Positions 44,898 to 57,348 of a DNA stretch of 64,000 nucleotides are shown here, piece by piece. The notes under the pieces were generated by a model, which saw nothing but the letters and a program-made list of their open reading frames with translations, was not told the DNA's origin and ran no database searches. Both the position numbers and the translations under genes were made by a program. Within the stretch, counting starts at the first letter, position 1, and every line of letters begins with the position of its first letter. Source of the DNA: Schizochytrium sp. TIO01 (lineage: Eukaryota; Protista; Bigyra: Labyrinthulomycetes); NCBI GenBank assembly GCA_004764695.1, contig SMSO01000004.1, positions 1-64,000 on the forward strand, in the 5' to 3' direction.

Positions 44898-47123
44898 ATG
44901 GCGCCGGTAAAGCGTGGCGGAAGCAACTCCGCAGCAGAGCAAAAAGAGGCCCCGGAGGCGGCGGAGCGGGAAAAGACGGCGGGGTCCGAGATCCAGCCTA
45001 GCTCCAAGAAGCAGAGGCTACAGCAGTTACAAGAGCTTAGTAAACAACTGCAGCTGAAGAAGAAGAAGCAGCGCCCCGAAGCCCAAGAGGCAGCGGCCGA
45101 GGACGGAGAGGACGATGCGGAGGCATCTAGACAGAACGCGGCGAATCCTCAACAGATCGGGAAGAGACAACAGAGCGATAAGAAGCTGAAGAAACAAGTG
45201 CACTTGCCAAAGAAGCAAGTGCCCTTGCCAAAGAAGCGCAAGCTGAAGCAAGATGCCGAAGGAGGTGATGCCGCCGCGATTAGCAGTGACGATAACGATG
45301 CGAAGAAGAGCAAGGCTGTGGAAAGCGAACCAAATTCAGATGACCCCGTCTCACTTCAGAAAAAAGCATCGACTAACCAGAGCCTTGAGGCGATAGAGCA
45401 AAAGCATTCGGGAAAGACTCAAACTCAAAATTCGGATCAAAATTGGGGAGGAGCTAAGAAAAATCAGGCTGCTACGAAGTGGACAGTCGTAAAGGGAGAC
45501 GATGGAAAGGTCATCAATCAAATGAAAGGAGGGGGTGAGATAAAAGAGGAGAAAGAAAGCGACGACAGCGATAACAAGGATCAGATTATGCGAGACAACA
45601 AGAAAGACCTGGATGTGAAGGGAAGTGAGCAATGCACACCACAGCTTTGGGAGCTTCTTCGCAGAGTGAACAATAATCCGGATGCATTTTCAAGAAATTT
45701 AGTGGATAAAGGCAAGCTAGGGAATGCTACTACCCTTCCAACATTGTCGTCGTCTTCGTCGTCATCGTCGCAATTGCTTCCGGGACTTGAAGCAGCGACT
45801 GCAGCGGCAGCGGAACATGCAAAGGTCTCCCCGTTCATGTCAAGCTTGGCGAACATGAAAACTGGAGAACAGCGCCCGATTTTCAAGCTCTCGCCCAACC
45901 GGGAGACCGCCATGGGAATGAAGAACTCACACCAGCAGTCATCAACCACATCCTCGGAGAAGCTGATTCAAATGCTCATCCAGCAGCATCCGAGGTCCAA
46001 TCTGCCCAACAATAGGAGTTTGTTCCAGATGCCTCAAAAACAACAAATCGGAAACTCACTTGCTGATGCTCAACGTGTTTCTCTAGAAAGCCTCACTCGC
46101 CTCATTCAGTCCAGGGCTCAGTCTCAACAGCAACAGCAACAGCAACAGCAGAAATCTGTGGACCTACAAAAGACAAAGTCATTTCCAGATGTGTCTAGTA
46201 AATTGCCTAGCGATGGAAGCCTCTCCAAACTCTCAACGCTGGCCTTTCTTTCACAAATGATGGAAGCTTTACCCGAAAAGAACAGTGCGAAGAAACCAGA
46301 AGCAGACGCGGGCAAACCAGTTTTCCCAGATCCCTCAGCAATCAAGATGAAAAACTTAACGCTTCAGAACTCCTCCCATGAAGTGGCTGAGCCTTCTACT
46401 TCTCACCATCTCTCGTTCTCCCCTTGGAAAGCTATTTCCAGTCAGATTCCGGGAGCGAAGGGGTCAACAAACTCCAAGAACATCTATGTCGAAAGCCATT
46501 CTCTTGATATCCCTGTATACTACTCGTACGCCAGCTTTCGTACCGCGTACTTGGTGCTCCTATTCGAAGATGAAGCTCCCGACAGAATTATAGTACAAGT
46601 TACCGGAGCGACACGAATTAAAAAGCCAAGTAGCAAAACTTTAGATGACGCCCTGCTTAATGTGAACCTCGAATGGATCTATGCACCTGAGTATAAGAGA
46701 TACATGCTTAGCCCGCAGCCTCCATCAGGAATTCCAAACGTCATCAAGACAAGCGGTACGAAGGCAAGCAAGATATCTGTATCGGGCAACCGCATTCTCA
46801 TTGAGCTTATCATTATGCCTACTAATATCATCCTCTTTCGCCCCGAGCAGGGTCTGAACAATGAGTTCAACCTTATTCTCCACTGTAAATTCAAAGATGG
46901 CACCATAACCTCTCTACACGTTGATAAGCCCATGCGCCTTTGTTCTAAAAGACATGGACGCAAATCTGATACACCTTTACACGATAGTGTACGCCACGAT
47001 AAGTTTAGAAACACCATCAAGGAGTTGATTGAATCCTCAAACAAAACTAAACGCACTACCCCTGTCACTACCCCTGTCGCTACCACTGAATCTTCATCAC
47101 AACCTATGCAGTCCGCGCAGTGA
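44898..47123 (+). CDS. Hypothetical, probably nuclear protein, 741 aa (K/Q/S-rich disordered N-terminus plus conserved C-terminal beta-rich domain)
   Basis: Long intronless ORF with good ATG context; NLS-like KKRK; polyQ and polyS runs; C-terminal domain shared with 40043-40960. Confidence 0.85.
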   Translation: MAPVKRGGSNSAAEQKEAPEAAEREKTAGSEIQPSSKKQRLQQLQELSKQLQLKKKKQRPEAQEAAAEDGEDDAEASRQNAANPQQIGKRQQSDKKLKKQVHLPKKQVPLPKKRKLKQDAEGGDAAAISSDDNDAKKSKAVESEPNSDDPVSLQKKASTNQSLEAIEQKHSGKTQTQNSDQNWGGAKKNQAATKWTVVKGDDGKVINQMKGGGEIKEEKESDDSDNKDQIMRDNKKDLDVKGSEQCTPQLWELLRRVNNNPDAFSRNLVDKGKLGNATTLPTLSSSSSSSSQLLPGLEAATAAAAEHAKVSPFMSSLANMKTGEQRPIFKLSPNRETAMGMKNSHQQSSTTSSEKLIQMLIQQHPRSNLPNNRSLFQMPQKQQIGNSLADAQRVSLESLTRLIQSRAQSQQQQQQQQQKSVDLQKTKSFPDVSSKLPSDGSLSKLSTLAFLSQMMEALPEKNSAKKPEADAGKPVFPDPSAIKMKNLTLQNSSHEVAEPSTSHHLSFSPWKAISSQIPGAKGSTNSKNIYVESHSLDIPVYYSYASFRTAYLVLLFEDEAPDRIIVQVTGATRIKKPSSKTLDDALLNVNLEWIYAPEYKRYMLSPQPPSGIPNVIKTSGTKASKISVSGNRILIELIIMPTNIILFRPEQGLNNEFNLILHCKFKDGTITSLHVDKPMRLCSKRHGRKSDTPLHDSVRHDKFRNTIKELIESSNKTKRTTPVTTPVATTESSSQPMQSAQ

Positions 47124-48801
47124 TTGATACTCTGCTTCCTTTCTACCAAATTAGACTCCAAAACTTCACTGCTCCCGCGGGGCGGCGCGGAGAAGCTTGG
47201 GATCGGAGGCTTAAGTAAGTCCCTAAAAGTTAAAACAAATTTTCATCCCCCATATCTTCTTCTCTTTTGATATGAAATAAATAAAGAACGAAATAAGAAA
47301 AAGATCCATGAAGGTTTGAGTGTAAAGGATTAGGAACGAGCACGTGGTAAATTAAGGATGCATGAAGACTTGAGTGTGAAAGCTTAAAGGAATGGTGCAG
47401 AAATCACGAGTGATATCCTAGCCTTCAAATATACGTACCAAAAAAAAAAAGCAAAAAGTAAATAAAATTATGATCTTTGTCAAATCACTTTACAACCTAG
47501 CGGTACTCAGTGTTGCAGGTTTTGGAACAAGTTCTCAATCCACAGGTATAATTTCGGCTATCTAGTCATATTTTAGTTTCACCGCCTACTTAGAAGCTTG
47601 TAGCTAGCTGCTTATTGGGCAAAGCGTAGACAAACACTTAGATCGGGATGGCGCACGTGCGTTTTTGTCAACCCTCTAGCTAGCTAGCTAGAGGCGCGAG
47701 TCTCCATTATGAATCGCCGTCATGGTGCACCGTTCTTATGCATATTTTAAAATCACACGGTTTTAGACTTGATTGCTATGAATTAGAACCTGCAGTTTTT
47801 TAAGCCTGTCATAGTATTCCTGAGTTGTCTAGTGTACCCTTGCTACATGTTAAGACCTACAATTAAAGTTGTCATGCGAACAAGACATTGTGAGAGTCCT
47901 TGCTTGACACACCATTGTAGGTTCTGAACTATTTAGATTGGTGTAAGATAAAAAGTACATAATCAGATATGTGAAGCAAAGGGACTCGAGAATTGCATTT
48001 TTCAAGATGATTTGGAAGGGTAAATCCTAGCCTTTTATATTGTGTTTAATACAAGTCAAACTTGCTCAAGTTTACTAAATACAATACAAATCAGTCGCTC
48101 GCAAATTTCATTTTTAAAAGGCGAAGAGATTCCTAACACTAAACGTTCACGTTTATAGTGCCTTCTTAAAACATCTTCAAGATTCTCAAGCATCTTGCTT
48201 TCATCCTTCCTAGCTGATCAGAGCTTTACGCGTTTCTTTGATTGCTGATTTCAAATAATAAAAGTAAACCTACCCTTCTTTATGCAATGCAAATTTATGT
48301 GCTATGTAAAGGGTTTATGTTAACATAAAGGACATACCATTGTTTAAAACTATAGAAGGAGTGATACAAGCAATCAGAGTAAGATCCTGCAGTGACAACT
48401 TTATCAAATATGTTCACATTTATTTACTAGATTTCATATTTTGCTCAAAGTGCACTTATTATGGATTGTTGCGGTGTTTTTATGTAAAAAGGGGTTCGTG
48501 TCTTTCGTTCTCGTAGTAATTTTGAAAGCAATTTGTATTCATCTGAAAATTGAAAGCGCACCGGTGATCAATTGACACAGACCGACTTTCATTTTTATCA
48601 TTGATTTTTTACTTACAATCAGTAATTTACTTAGGCCGTACATACTTTCCAGCCTGTTGGATGCACAAACAAAGTATCTCTATGTATTCACATAGAGTTG
48701 AGAAGTAACGAAAGGATGATCAGGAAATATTCAATCGAAATAAATGCACTGTTTAACATGAGTCCACAATCCGGGAATGATAGTAGACAATATGTAGGAA
48801 A

Positions 48802-51800
48802 CTATGCAACCTCGGGAGCAATGCAAACAGGAGACGGCTTGCCATATATTGCAGCCCCTGTACGCTTTGGTGCAAAGGAACGAGCGTGAATAACAGTACC
48901 AGCGTGAACAATTCCATTCGAAAGACATACAGCACCAGGCTGAAGTACTGACTCTGCGCCAACAAGTGAAGGACCTAGTTCAAACGCTCCATCGCACGCC
49001 TGGTGACCAGTGAGTTGCGCATTGTCTACAACTGCGCCATACTCTAGCGTGATAAGTTGGTGCTCTCGAAGACCACCCGTGAGTAAAATCACCCGACGTC
49101 CCACGCATGCACCCATAAAGCGCGCAAATGAATTATAAAATGGAGTCCCATGTAGAACCACGAGCAAAAGATTTTCGAAAAAGTATGTAAACAGCTGATA
49201 TGAGCAGTAAAAAGAAAGTCGACAAGGAAGCTCTTGCAACTCTTTACCAAACCCCAACACAGCAGTTGCCATTAGCTTTTGTGCTACCATCATGCTTACC
49301 ATCGCTAGCCAGAAGCTTACAGCTAAAAGAAGAATGGCAGCATTTCTATCCATATCAGCATCAAACAAAACAAAATTTGCAAACTCATACGCTGGGATGA
49401 GCGAGAAGACCACAAGAACAATCAACACCACGCGCATCAAAAGTCCTAAAATCTCATCTGTTGTGCTCCAGATTTCCATATCTACCTCACCTTCCTTAGT
49501 GGCCACAGGAAAGGTCGCTCCGCGAAATTGTCGGTACCCTGTAGGCAAGGTCTCGCCTTCCATGAGAACACTCAAACTTCCCAAATACGAGCGTGATTGC
49601 ATTGTGGATCCTCGACCTAGTAATGCCAGGTAACTCACCTCACAGTAGTCTCCTATTTCTACGCGCCCTCGAATTCCTTCACTTTCTGTCTCAATGAGAA
49701 TTAGACTTGCCATGGACGAGGCTCCCATCTTCACCATGTCTGCATTTGATGGCTGAATCCACTTTATTGCAGATACAAATGAACCTGGCCCGATGGAAGC
49801 CCCTAAACCGCGTGCATAACCCAATATAGAACGTGTTTCATCTAAAAATTGAATCCAAGTCACCCAAACTAGTGTGAACAAATAGTCAGCCGCCCAAATC
49901 CGCAAACTAGAGCCTTTAATAGCACCTGTTTTGAGACGACCAATCAGTATCCATTTCATACCGACAGCTACAAACGACATTATACATGCTGTCACGAGAT
50001 AAGATGATGCCCAATAGACCAATTCCACATACCGAAAGTTTTTCAGGGTAACCCGCCGCATCCCAGATCAAGCCAATGATGACTGAAGTGTTAAAATACA
50101 ACAACAGGAAAGAGCACATGATGAACAATTTTGCAAATAGCTCACGCACGGTAGCATTAATGCTAGAATGAGAAGTCTCTATAGCCTCAATGTTTTCAGC
50201 AACTTTCTCACCCTCGTTGAGCACTTGTAAAGGTACCACTTCTGCACCTTTACCTACCCAGCATCCAGGCATCACGACTGAACCTGTACGCAGCCGGCTA
50301 CCTTGGCCAAGTTTGACTCGTCGAAAACGCAAAGTTCTTTCTTTGGCATCAAAGACTCGGCACACCAATGTTCCGCGCACCTCTGCCCCAGCGCCAATAT
50401 GCACGAGGTCAAGATCCCGAAGATTAACTTTAACCTTGGCTGTGAAAGACACTTGCCCCCCCATAGCCCTATAAAATATGTTCAGTAATGGCGTGTTAAG
50501 AAACCATCGACCCACAGCTATCTCCCACAAATGGGTAGCACGGTCTACGAACCACCAGCGTAAATACGGAAACGAGTTGATTTTCACTTCGCATGGACGC
50601 CATTTCCCCACTACGATCCACTTTGCAACAAGAACCAGCAGCGAAAATGAAGCAATCCACAAAGGTATCACAAAAGGCACTAATAGCCCAAACATGCTGA
50701 GCGTGCTGGTAACTCTATAGTGTGACCAAGGAGATGGAAGTCCCGATTTGTACCGAACCCATAGTCCATAGTGATAGGCGGGTAAAATCGCTGCGGACAT
50801 CATGAAAAAAAGCACCCAAATACCGAGAAATTGGATTGTGGTTGCCACATGATATGGCAGGGCAGGTTGATTTGAGTATTTGACTTCCTCTAGCTCAACA
50901 TGAGCCATACGTTTCTGTTCAACAGCCTCCGCCAGACGCCGCACTGTACGATACTTGGCAATGAAATCTGGCTCGACTGTCTCGTTGAAACCAATCAAAT
51001 TCTCGACATGAGCATTCACTTCAATCATTGCCATGGAACTCATACCCGCTTCGAAGAGATCGTCATCAAGACCTAAGGAAGGAGCTTCAATGCTTTGACG
51101 TACGCATTGCAAAAGCCAGCGAAGACGTTCGTCAGGGTTCTCACCAGCACGAACCTCACCATGACTCTCCATATTTTCCACCAACTCACTCCATGTGTTA
51201 TCGAAAAGATTGTCTGGCAAAACAGAGGCTCGCTGCAAGTTTCGAAGAGCATACTTACTCCTAGAAAACAATGATTCGGGCGCAGCACTCATTTCGCGAG
51301 GACCACAATAATGAGGTATACTATTGGCCAGGCGCTCTGCACACTGAGCATTTAATGAAATCATGACCTGGCAAATTGCATCATCGATGGTACCTGCTCG
51401 GAACTGAATACTTCTTTCTGTATTGGCAAATAATTTTGACTGTTTTGCGCCCATAAGCAGCAAGAGTCCTATCATGCGATTATGGTACAGCTCGTCTAGC
51501 GACTGTGCACTTACGAGGCTTGGCACCAACAGTAGAACTTCGTATGGCAGATCCCGGGTGATATCCTTGAAGGGCTTGTATTTTTCTAAAAATGCAAAAT
51601 TCCATGCAACAAAAGATTCAACAATGGCACTTCGTGTGTGACCACGGTGAGTCTCGTGACTTATAACCTCATATAAGCTAGCACCACAAAGAGCAGATAA
51701 CGTGGGCTTTTTAACACCATGAAGCATTTCAGCCCCCACCGACGCTAAAACACCCAGTCCTAGTTGGAACTGAGCATGGTTCTCATCTGTACAACGTAAC

Positions 51801-54130
51801 CCACCTTGCTGAAGTTGCAGCTTTGCTGCCCAGGCTGCAAGCCCAGCTTGTACATGACCAAACCAGGTACGCTTGGCAGGGACGCTAAAGTTTTCAACAA
51901 GGGAATCAAGGACTTGAGGAAGAATCTGAACAAACAACTCCCGATCTTGCAGTGCATCAATGCAAATATGAAGGAAATATGCAAGGCTCAACGGACCCAC
52001 GACCCGACTACTTCGTAGCTCCTCATTGCAGCCGATGGCTAAGTCGGCAGCAAAGTTACGAAGAATTGGGCGATGAACTAACAACTCACGAAGCTGTTTA
52101 ACAAGAGGAGACAAACTGACAGGTATGCGCAAACAAGCAAGCTCATCAAAGACTGTGTATCCTGCTAAATTCATCTCTTCCACAAGCGCTCGCATCTGTG
52201 CAGGCCCTGTCCATAAGTCCATTTCCTCTAACTCATCAAGGAGGTCATCCAAAGCGGCAAGACTTGCACGCCTCTGCATTGCAGAACGGCGTTCTGGTAA
52301 ACAGCTTTCATCACGAGCCTCGACAAGAACTGATAGCTCTCCTTGAACATACGCTTCTCGAGCAGCTCGGCGTTGGATCTTGCCGCTTGTGGTCTTAGGA
52401 ATCGTTCGTGGCTTGATTAGAATCACAGCAAAAGGTCGAAAACTGTGTTCAGTCATGATGCGAGCGCGAATCAGGTCTGCCAAGCCACCAGCTTCGTTAG
52501 CAAGTTTTCCATCACGGACTTCAGCAACAACAACAACATTTTCAGTTCCTTCAAGCGTGAAAACAGCACAACAGCCAGGGCGAATCTTAGTACTTGCTTG
52601 ATCTACAGTGCTTTCAACGTCTTGGGGGAAAATGTTACGTCCACGAACAATCATCATGTCTTTGATGCGTCCACACACAAAAATTTCGCCTTTATGAACG
52701 AAACCCATGTCACCTGTGCGGAGAAAGGTTCGTTCGTCAGAGCGGGTTGAAATCTTGGCATTGAGTTCTTCTTCCGACAGAGCAGGCTTGCCAAGGTATT
52801 CACTGACTTTGGATGGACCTGTTACCCAGAGTTCACCGATAGTATCATCTTCTAATAGTACCCTTGTCTCTGGGTGTACAACCGAGACCTCGATACCTAC
52901 GCCAGGAGGGCCGTTGCCTACTAAATCTTGTCCATCTTCTTCGGGATGCACAAGAACTATTTTAGAGCCAGGTTTATTGGAAAACCCAGCCTTGAGCCGC
53001 AACATGAGAGGCATATGTGGACCTCGATGCGTGGAAATAAGAACAACGTTCTCTGCCATACCATAAAATGGATCCAAGTACTCAGCTTTCACACCTTGCT
53101 TCTCGTATGCCTCTGCAAAGGCCCATAAGGTTTCTGCACGAACTGGCTCAGCGCCATTCGAATAGCGCTTACAGCATGATAGGTCGAGCTCCTTCCTTTT
53201 GGCTACTGGAACTTTACGTACTGCAAGCACATACGCAAAGTTGGGGGCGCAAGTGGTCGTGCCACGATACTTTGAGATAGCATTTAACCACACAAATGGA
53301 TTTTGTAAAAAGCTAATCGGAGACATGGCTACCATGATTGCGCCAGAATACAGGGTAGTAAGAATTGCACCTACCAGGCCCATGTCATGATAAAATGGGA
53401 CCCATGTGACACCAACTGTGTCTTCACTCATGCCCATAGACGTCTTAATACTTGCAAGATTGCTGTTGAGGTTTCCATGTGTTACACAAACACCCTTGGG
53501 GTCGCCTGTGCTTCCACTCGAAAATTGTATGAAGGCTAATTCATGGCTGGCTACAGGCATTGTGACGCCAATAGAAGCAGCTGGTTTCACTTTGCTCATG
53601 TTATGCCATTTCAGTCCTCGCGGAAACTTCTTAACGCCAATCACTAACCGACGCAGATGGAGGAATTTGGTGTGAGAAATCACAGTAGACACCTGTGCAA
53701 CTTCAACCGCTTTACCTAGTTTTAAAAGTCCTGCCTTTGGACTGTTTGGATCTGGTGGGTAGACTGGAACCGCGACGAAGCCTCCAAAAAGACATGCCAT
53801 CATAGCAATGATAAAATCTGTACCTGGCAAAAACACAAGGAGAACTTTCTCGCCTGTTTTCATCTTCCACTGGGTTCTCATTGCCTCTGCAAGACCCTGA
53901 GCGCTCTTGACTAGACTTTCACGAGTAAGAACAGAACTTTCGTTTCCTTTATCATCAAGCCATATGATAACACGTTGAGAGGGAGATTCTGATGCGTACC
54001 GAACAACATTATCTCGCACGTCTTCAAGATCAAGGTGAGTCTCTTTGGCTATTTCCTCTTCTCCATTTGATTGTATGACCTTGGCAAAGTTTGCCGTGTG
54101 CCAAGGCTCATTTTCTGAAGACCACAACAT
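48802..54130 (-). CDS. NRPS-like megaenzyme: fatty acyl-AMP ligase + unknown domain + carrier protein + membrane/hexapeptide-repeat NRPS terminal domain; one frameshift at ~50041
   Basis: FAAL motifs FIQFSSGSTGDPKG, VPFYHDMGLVG, YGMAE, RTGDMG, GRIKD..GRN, IPKTTSGKIQR; carrier motif LFEAGMSSM. Hydrophobic and LbH-like repeats (KWIVVGK, LRWWFV, YRAMGG) continue in ORF 48802-50061. Removing one A from the minus-strand A5 run (50039-50043) fuses both ORFs into ~1775 aa. Confidence 0.85.
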
Positions 54131-57100
54131 GAGCTTTCCGCAAACACTAGTATTGGCACAGGGCGCTTTTACTTGTAGTCGCTGCTATTTCAATGTCGCA
54201 AGAATAAAAGGGATTTGTTGTTGCTTAAACGCCTAGGAAGCTTAGTTATTTTAAAGTCTCAATTACAATAGTTCTAGTTGTGCGTTGTTGGTGAAGATGC
54301 ATGTCAAGCCAGTCGTGTCTGCCCAGGACGAGATTAGATCGTGCAGTTGTTGTTTCCACTGACCATCATTGGTTGGTGAGTCAACGGCGAATTCTTCAAG
54401 ATGCCGGAAGTTTCGCGTGTTTGGGTACATGGGAGTTAGCATTTTTGAGCAGCTTCCTAAACACCTATATTTGATTTGTACCATTCATGTTATGCTAAAC
54501 ACCCTCATTAAAGCATTGAGGGATAATTCATCATACTTTGCATTTGCATGATGGCTTAGCCTGATGGTGGACATTATTACTCGTTTGGGTTTTCCCGTGA
54601 AGAATGAATACCAGGATATTTTTACAACTTATCCTGTGCTCTTCTTTCTCATTTGTGAATCAGAAAAGGTAACAAACAAACTCTCGTGAAGAATACTACT
54701 TCAAAGAACAGCAGAATCTCCCCTCCCCGAAAGAACAGCTACAGTGCCGGAAGCTGAGACTTGCTTAGGCAGTACCTGCTATTAAGTACTCAAAACGATA
54801 GAACCAACAACTTTGACAACGCCACTTCCTATTGAATTCTGAGATCTAAAACCAGGTCGATGAAGGTTAAAAAGTGCTAGAGGGTTAGTTTACATCACGA
54901 GAAACCTGGTGGTCCACAGTAATGACAAGAGCCAATCCGAAACTCCATTGCTGTCATTATCCACGACAATTTATATGGATCGACCTGGGACATCGAAAAT
55001 GGCCTTCCATTTTTTTTCACACTGGTACCTGACACTACCTATCATGTACTAGAACTACTAGTCCTCTTACCTTCTGTAATAGCTACATACCTAGAGTACT
55101 ATTATCTTAAACCCTAAGATTCAGACATGAGAACCAATGTTGAGAACGCCCATCTGTCCGACAAGAGGCGTATCATGCCAGTATCAACATGAAAATTTCT
55201 CACGGTTTGGGACTTGGATACGTACCGAGGCGCGCGAGGAGACAGCCGTTTGTGTCCCTGTTATGAGGTCTTGACTGCATGATACCCCCACTTCTGTTTG
55301 GTGCAGCATGCCCGAGCTTATTACTGGGCCATCTTCAAGTTGCGAAGAAGCGCAGCGAATGTACCATCACACAAAAGCTCTTTCATTTATTTTTCTTACA
55401 CGCAGACTCTCGTGCTTGGTGTCGACGAGGTGTCGAGCGCTTCGCAGTAGTGTCGTGGGGCACACGGTGGTGATTTCCAACACGATGACTGGCTGCGTGG
55501 TCAATGTTTCTTTCAAATTATGTGGAATTCCCTTCCTTAGAGGAGTAGTCTCTACATCTTTCTAATTTTGACTCTTTCCCCACCTTTCTATTTTAGTATT
55601 ATTTCCTCTTTTGGCAAAACACTCTTGCACGGGCCTTGACCGCCCTGGAATGCGAGATTTTCATATTCTTACTGTTCTACAGTAGCTGAGGTCGTTCTCC
55701 CCGGTACTGGAGACAGCTCGAGCCGAGAGGATAAGATAAGAAAAGTCATCGCTATCCGGGCTAACCGTCCTACGTGCGGTTATCCTCTTCTCAAACCCCC
55801 CCTAAAATTCTTAGGAAGATTCCATGACCACCCTTACTGCTACTCCATGATCCCGCACGGGGCCTCTATTTGGTCTTGATTCTATTTTGGTTTGCGTTTC
55901 AGAAAGAGCATACTGGCTATTCATTTAAGGCAAGTACTATATCGCTCGTGCTTCAATGGTACACACATAGAAGGTATCGATTTCCAAGTTGAGCTTCGCT
56001 TCGCAGAATTTGCATCTGCAGTTGCGAGTTTACTACATGCAATTTATAATCGACTCGCTCGTAAGCAGTTCAATATGGTGATGCTTCAACTACAAAGTAG
56101 CAGGAGTCTAGTGGGTCTGCCACTCTTCATCCTGCAATTTTGCGAGGTGAATTAATCCAAACTGCATCAAGAGTGAGCCATTCGGACTGGCAAGATAATA
56201 AACGAAGAACTAGTCATTAACGGCGATACTATATACCATTTGGCAATATTTGAAATTTAGCTCGAATCCTTGATAACCCCAAAATACTTGATTTCTAAAG
56301 GACAAAGCTTAATCGTATCCTCTCCAAGTTTGTGAAGACAAACGCCAATAAACAAGAGGTTGATGAAAATTCTTGCAAGTGGGTACACATAGGTGTTGGT
56401 TGCTCTCTGACCGAGGTTTTAGATCTTATATATATCTTGAACCTGGAGGTAGAGATTTTGGGTCTGATGAAGAATCTTCATGCTAGCCAGCAACTGTTAG
56501 AAAAATATGGTGCAGAGACTATTTAAAAATAAATCAAAAATTACAACCAAACACGAGATGTAGCTTTCTCTCCTGTGTTTCTTGGCGATCACTATGCTAT
56601 ACCTTTTCAAGCTGTGAAATGCAATTTGCTCTATAACGCTTTGAATCTCGCAGTACAACTCTATACGAGGTGGTGCCTACCTCACTTGCCAATTACACCG
56701 AACTGAGGTGCTCCACTTCAGCCTTTTCAGATTAGGTAACTTCTTCTTCATTGATGCTTTTACTTGAGTCTTCACCTAATCTATAGGAGCAGCTAGAGCG
56801 GCTGAGCAACATCGCTTCGACCTGCTTTTCTACCCAAGTTTATTACCAATCGGTAGGGATAATATTTGATTCCCTAGTGCCAGCGGCCCAACAACGATGC
56901 AACATAGCGATGCAATGCAATGCGCAAAACCTCCCTCGGCTATCCCCATCTGGTAAGAGTAGTCTTTCATCTAGCACCTGGTAGGTACGTACAACCATTG
57001 CCATCGTAGCACTAGTTTACTGCCATTATCTTGTTAAAGTCATCATGAGTTTTACTGATTGGCTCTTCTTTCATTGGCTTTACTGATTGGCCCTTCCAAT

Positions 57101-57348
57101 GAAAGAAGAGCTTAGCTTAGAAAGGAGCGGTGTCATCATCTTCAATGCAAATTCTTCTTCTTCTGCAGGTAGGAACTAGTAGTAGGTACTGCCTACCTAC
57201 CTACCTACAGTTTGTAGTAGCAACTGCTACATACGTACTAGTGCTGAGAATTATCGAGGCGCCTCTTGAGATTGACACGTGACGCAGAAAGAACTTGCGT
57301 AGTACAATGGCAGGCGCCTTCAAACTTGAATAGTCGGCGCCTTTGACC

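Noticed and set aside
55444-55498. Imperfect GC-rich hairpin, possible ncRNA
   Set aside because: No recognisable snRNA, SRP or tRNA motifs, and no support beyond the fold.
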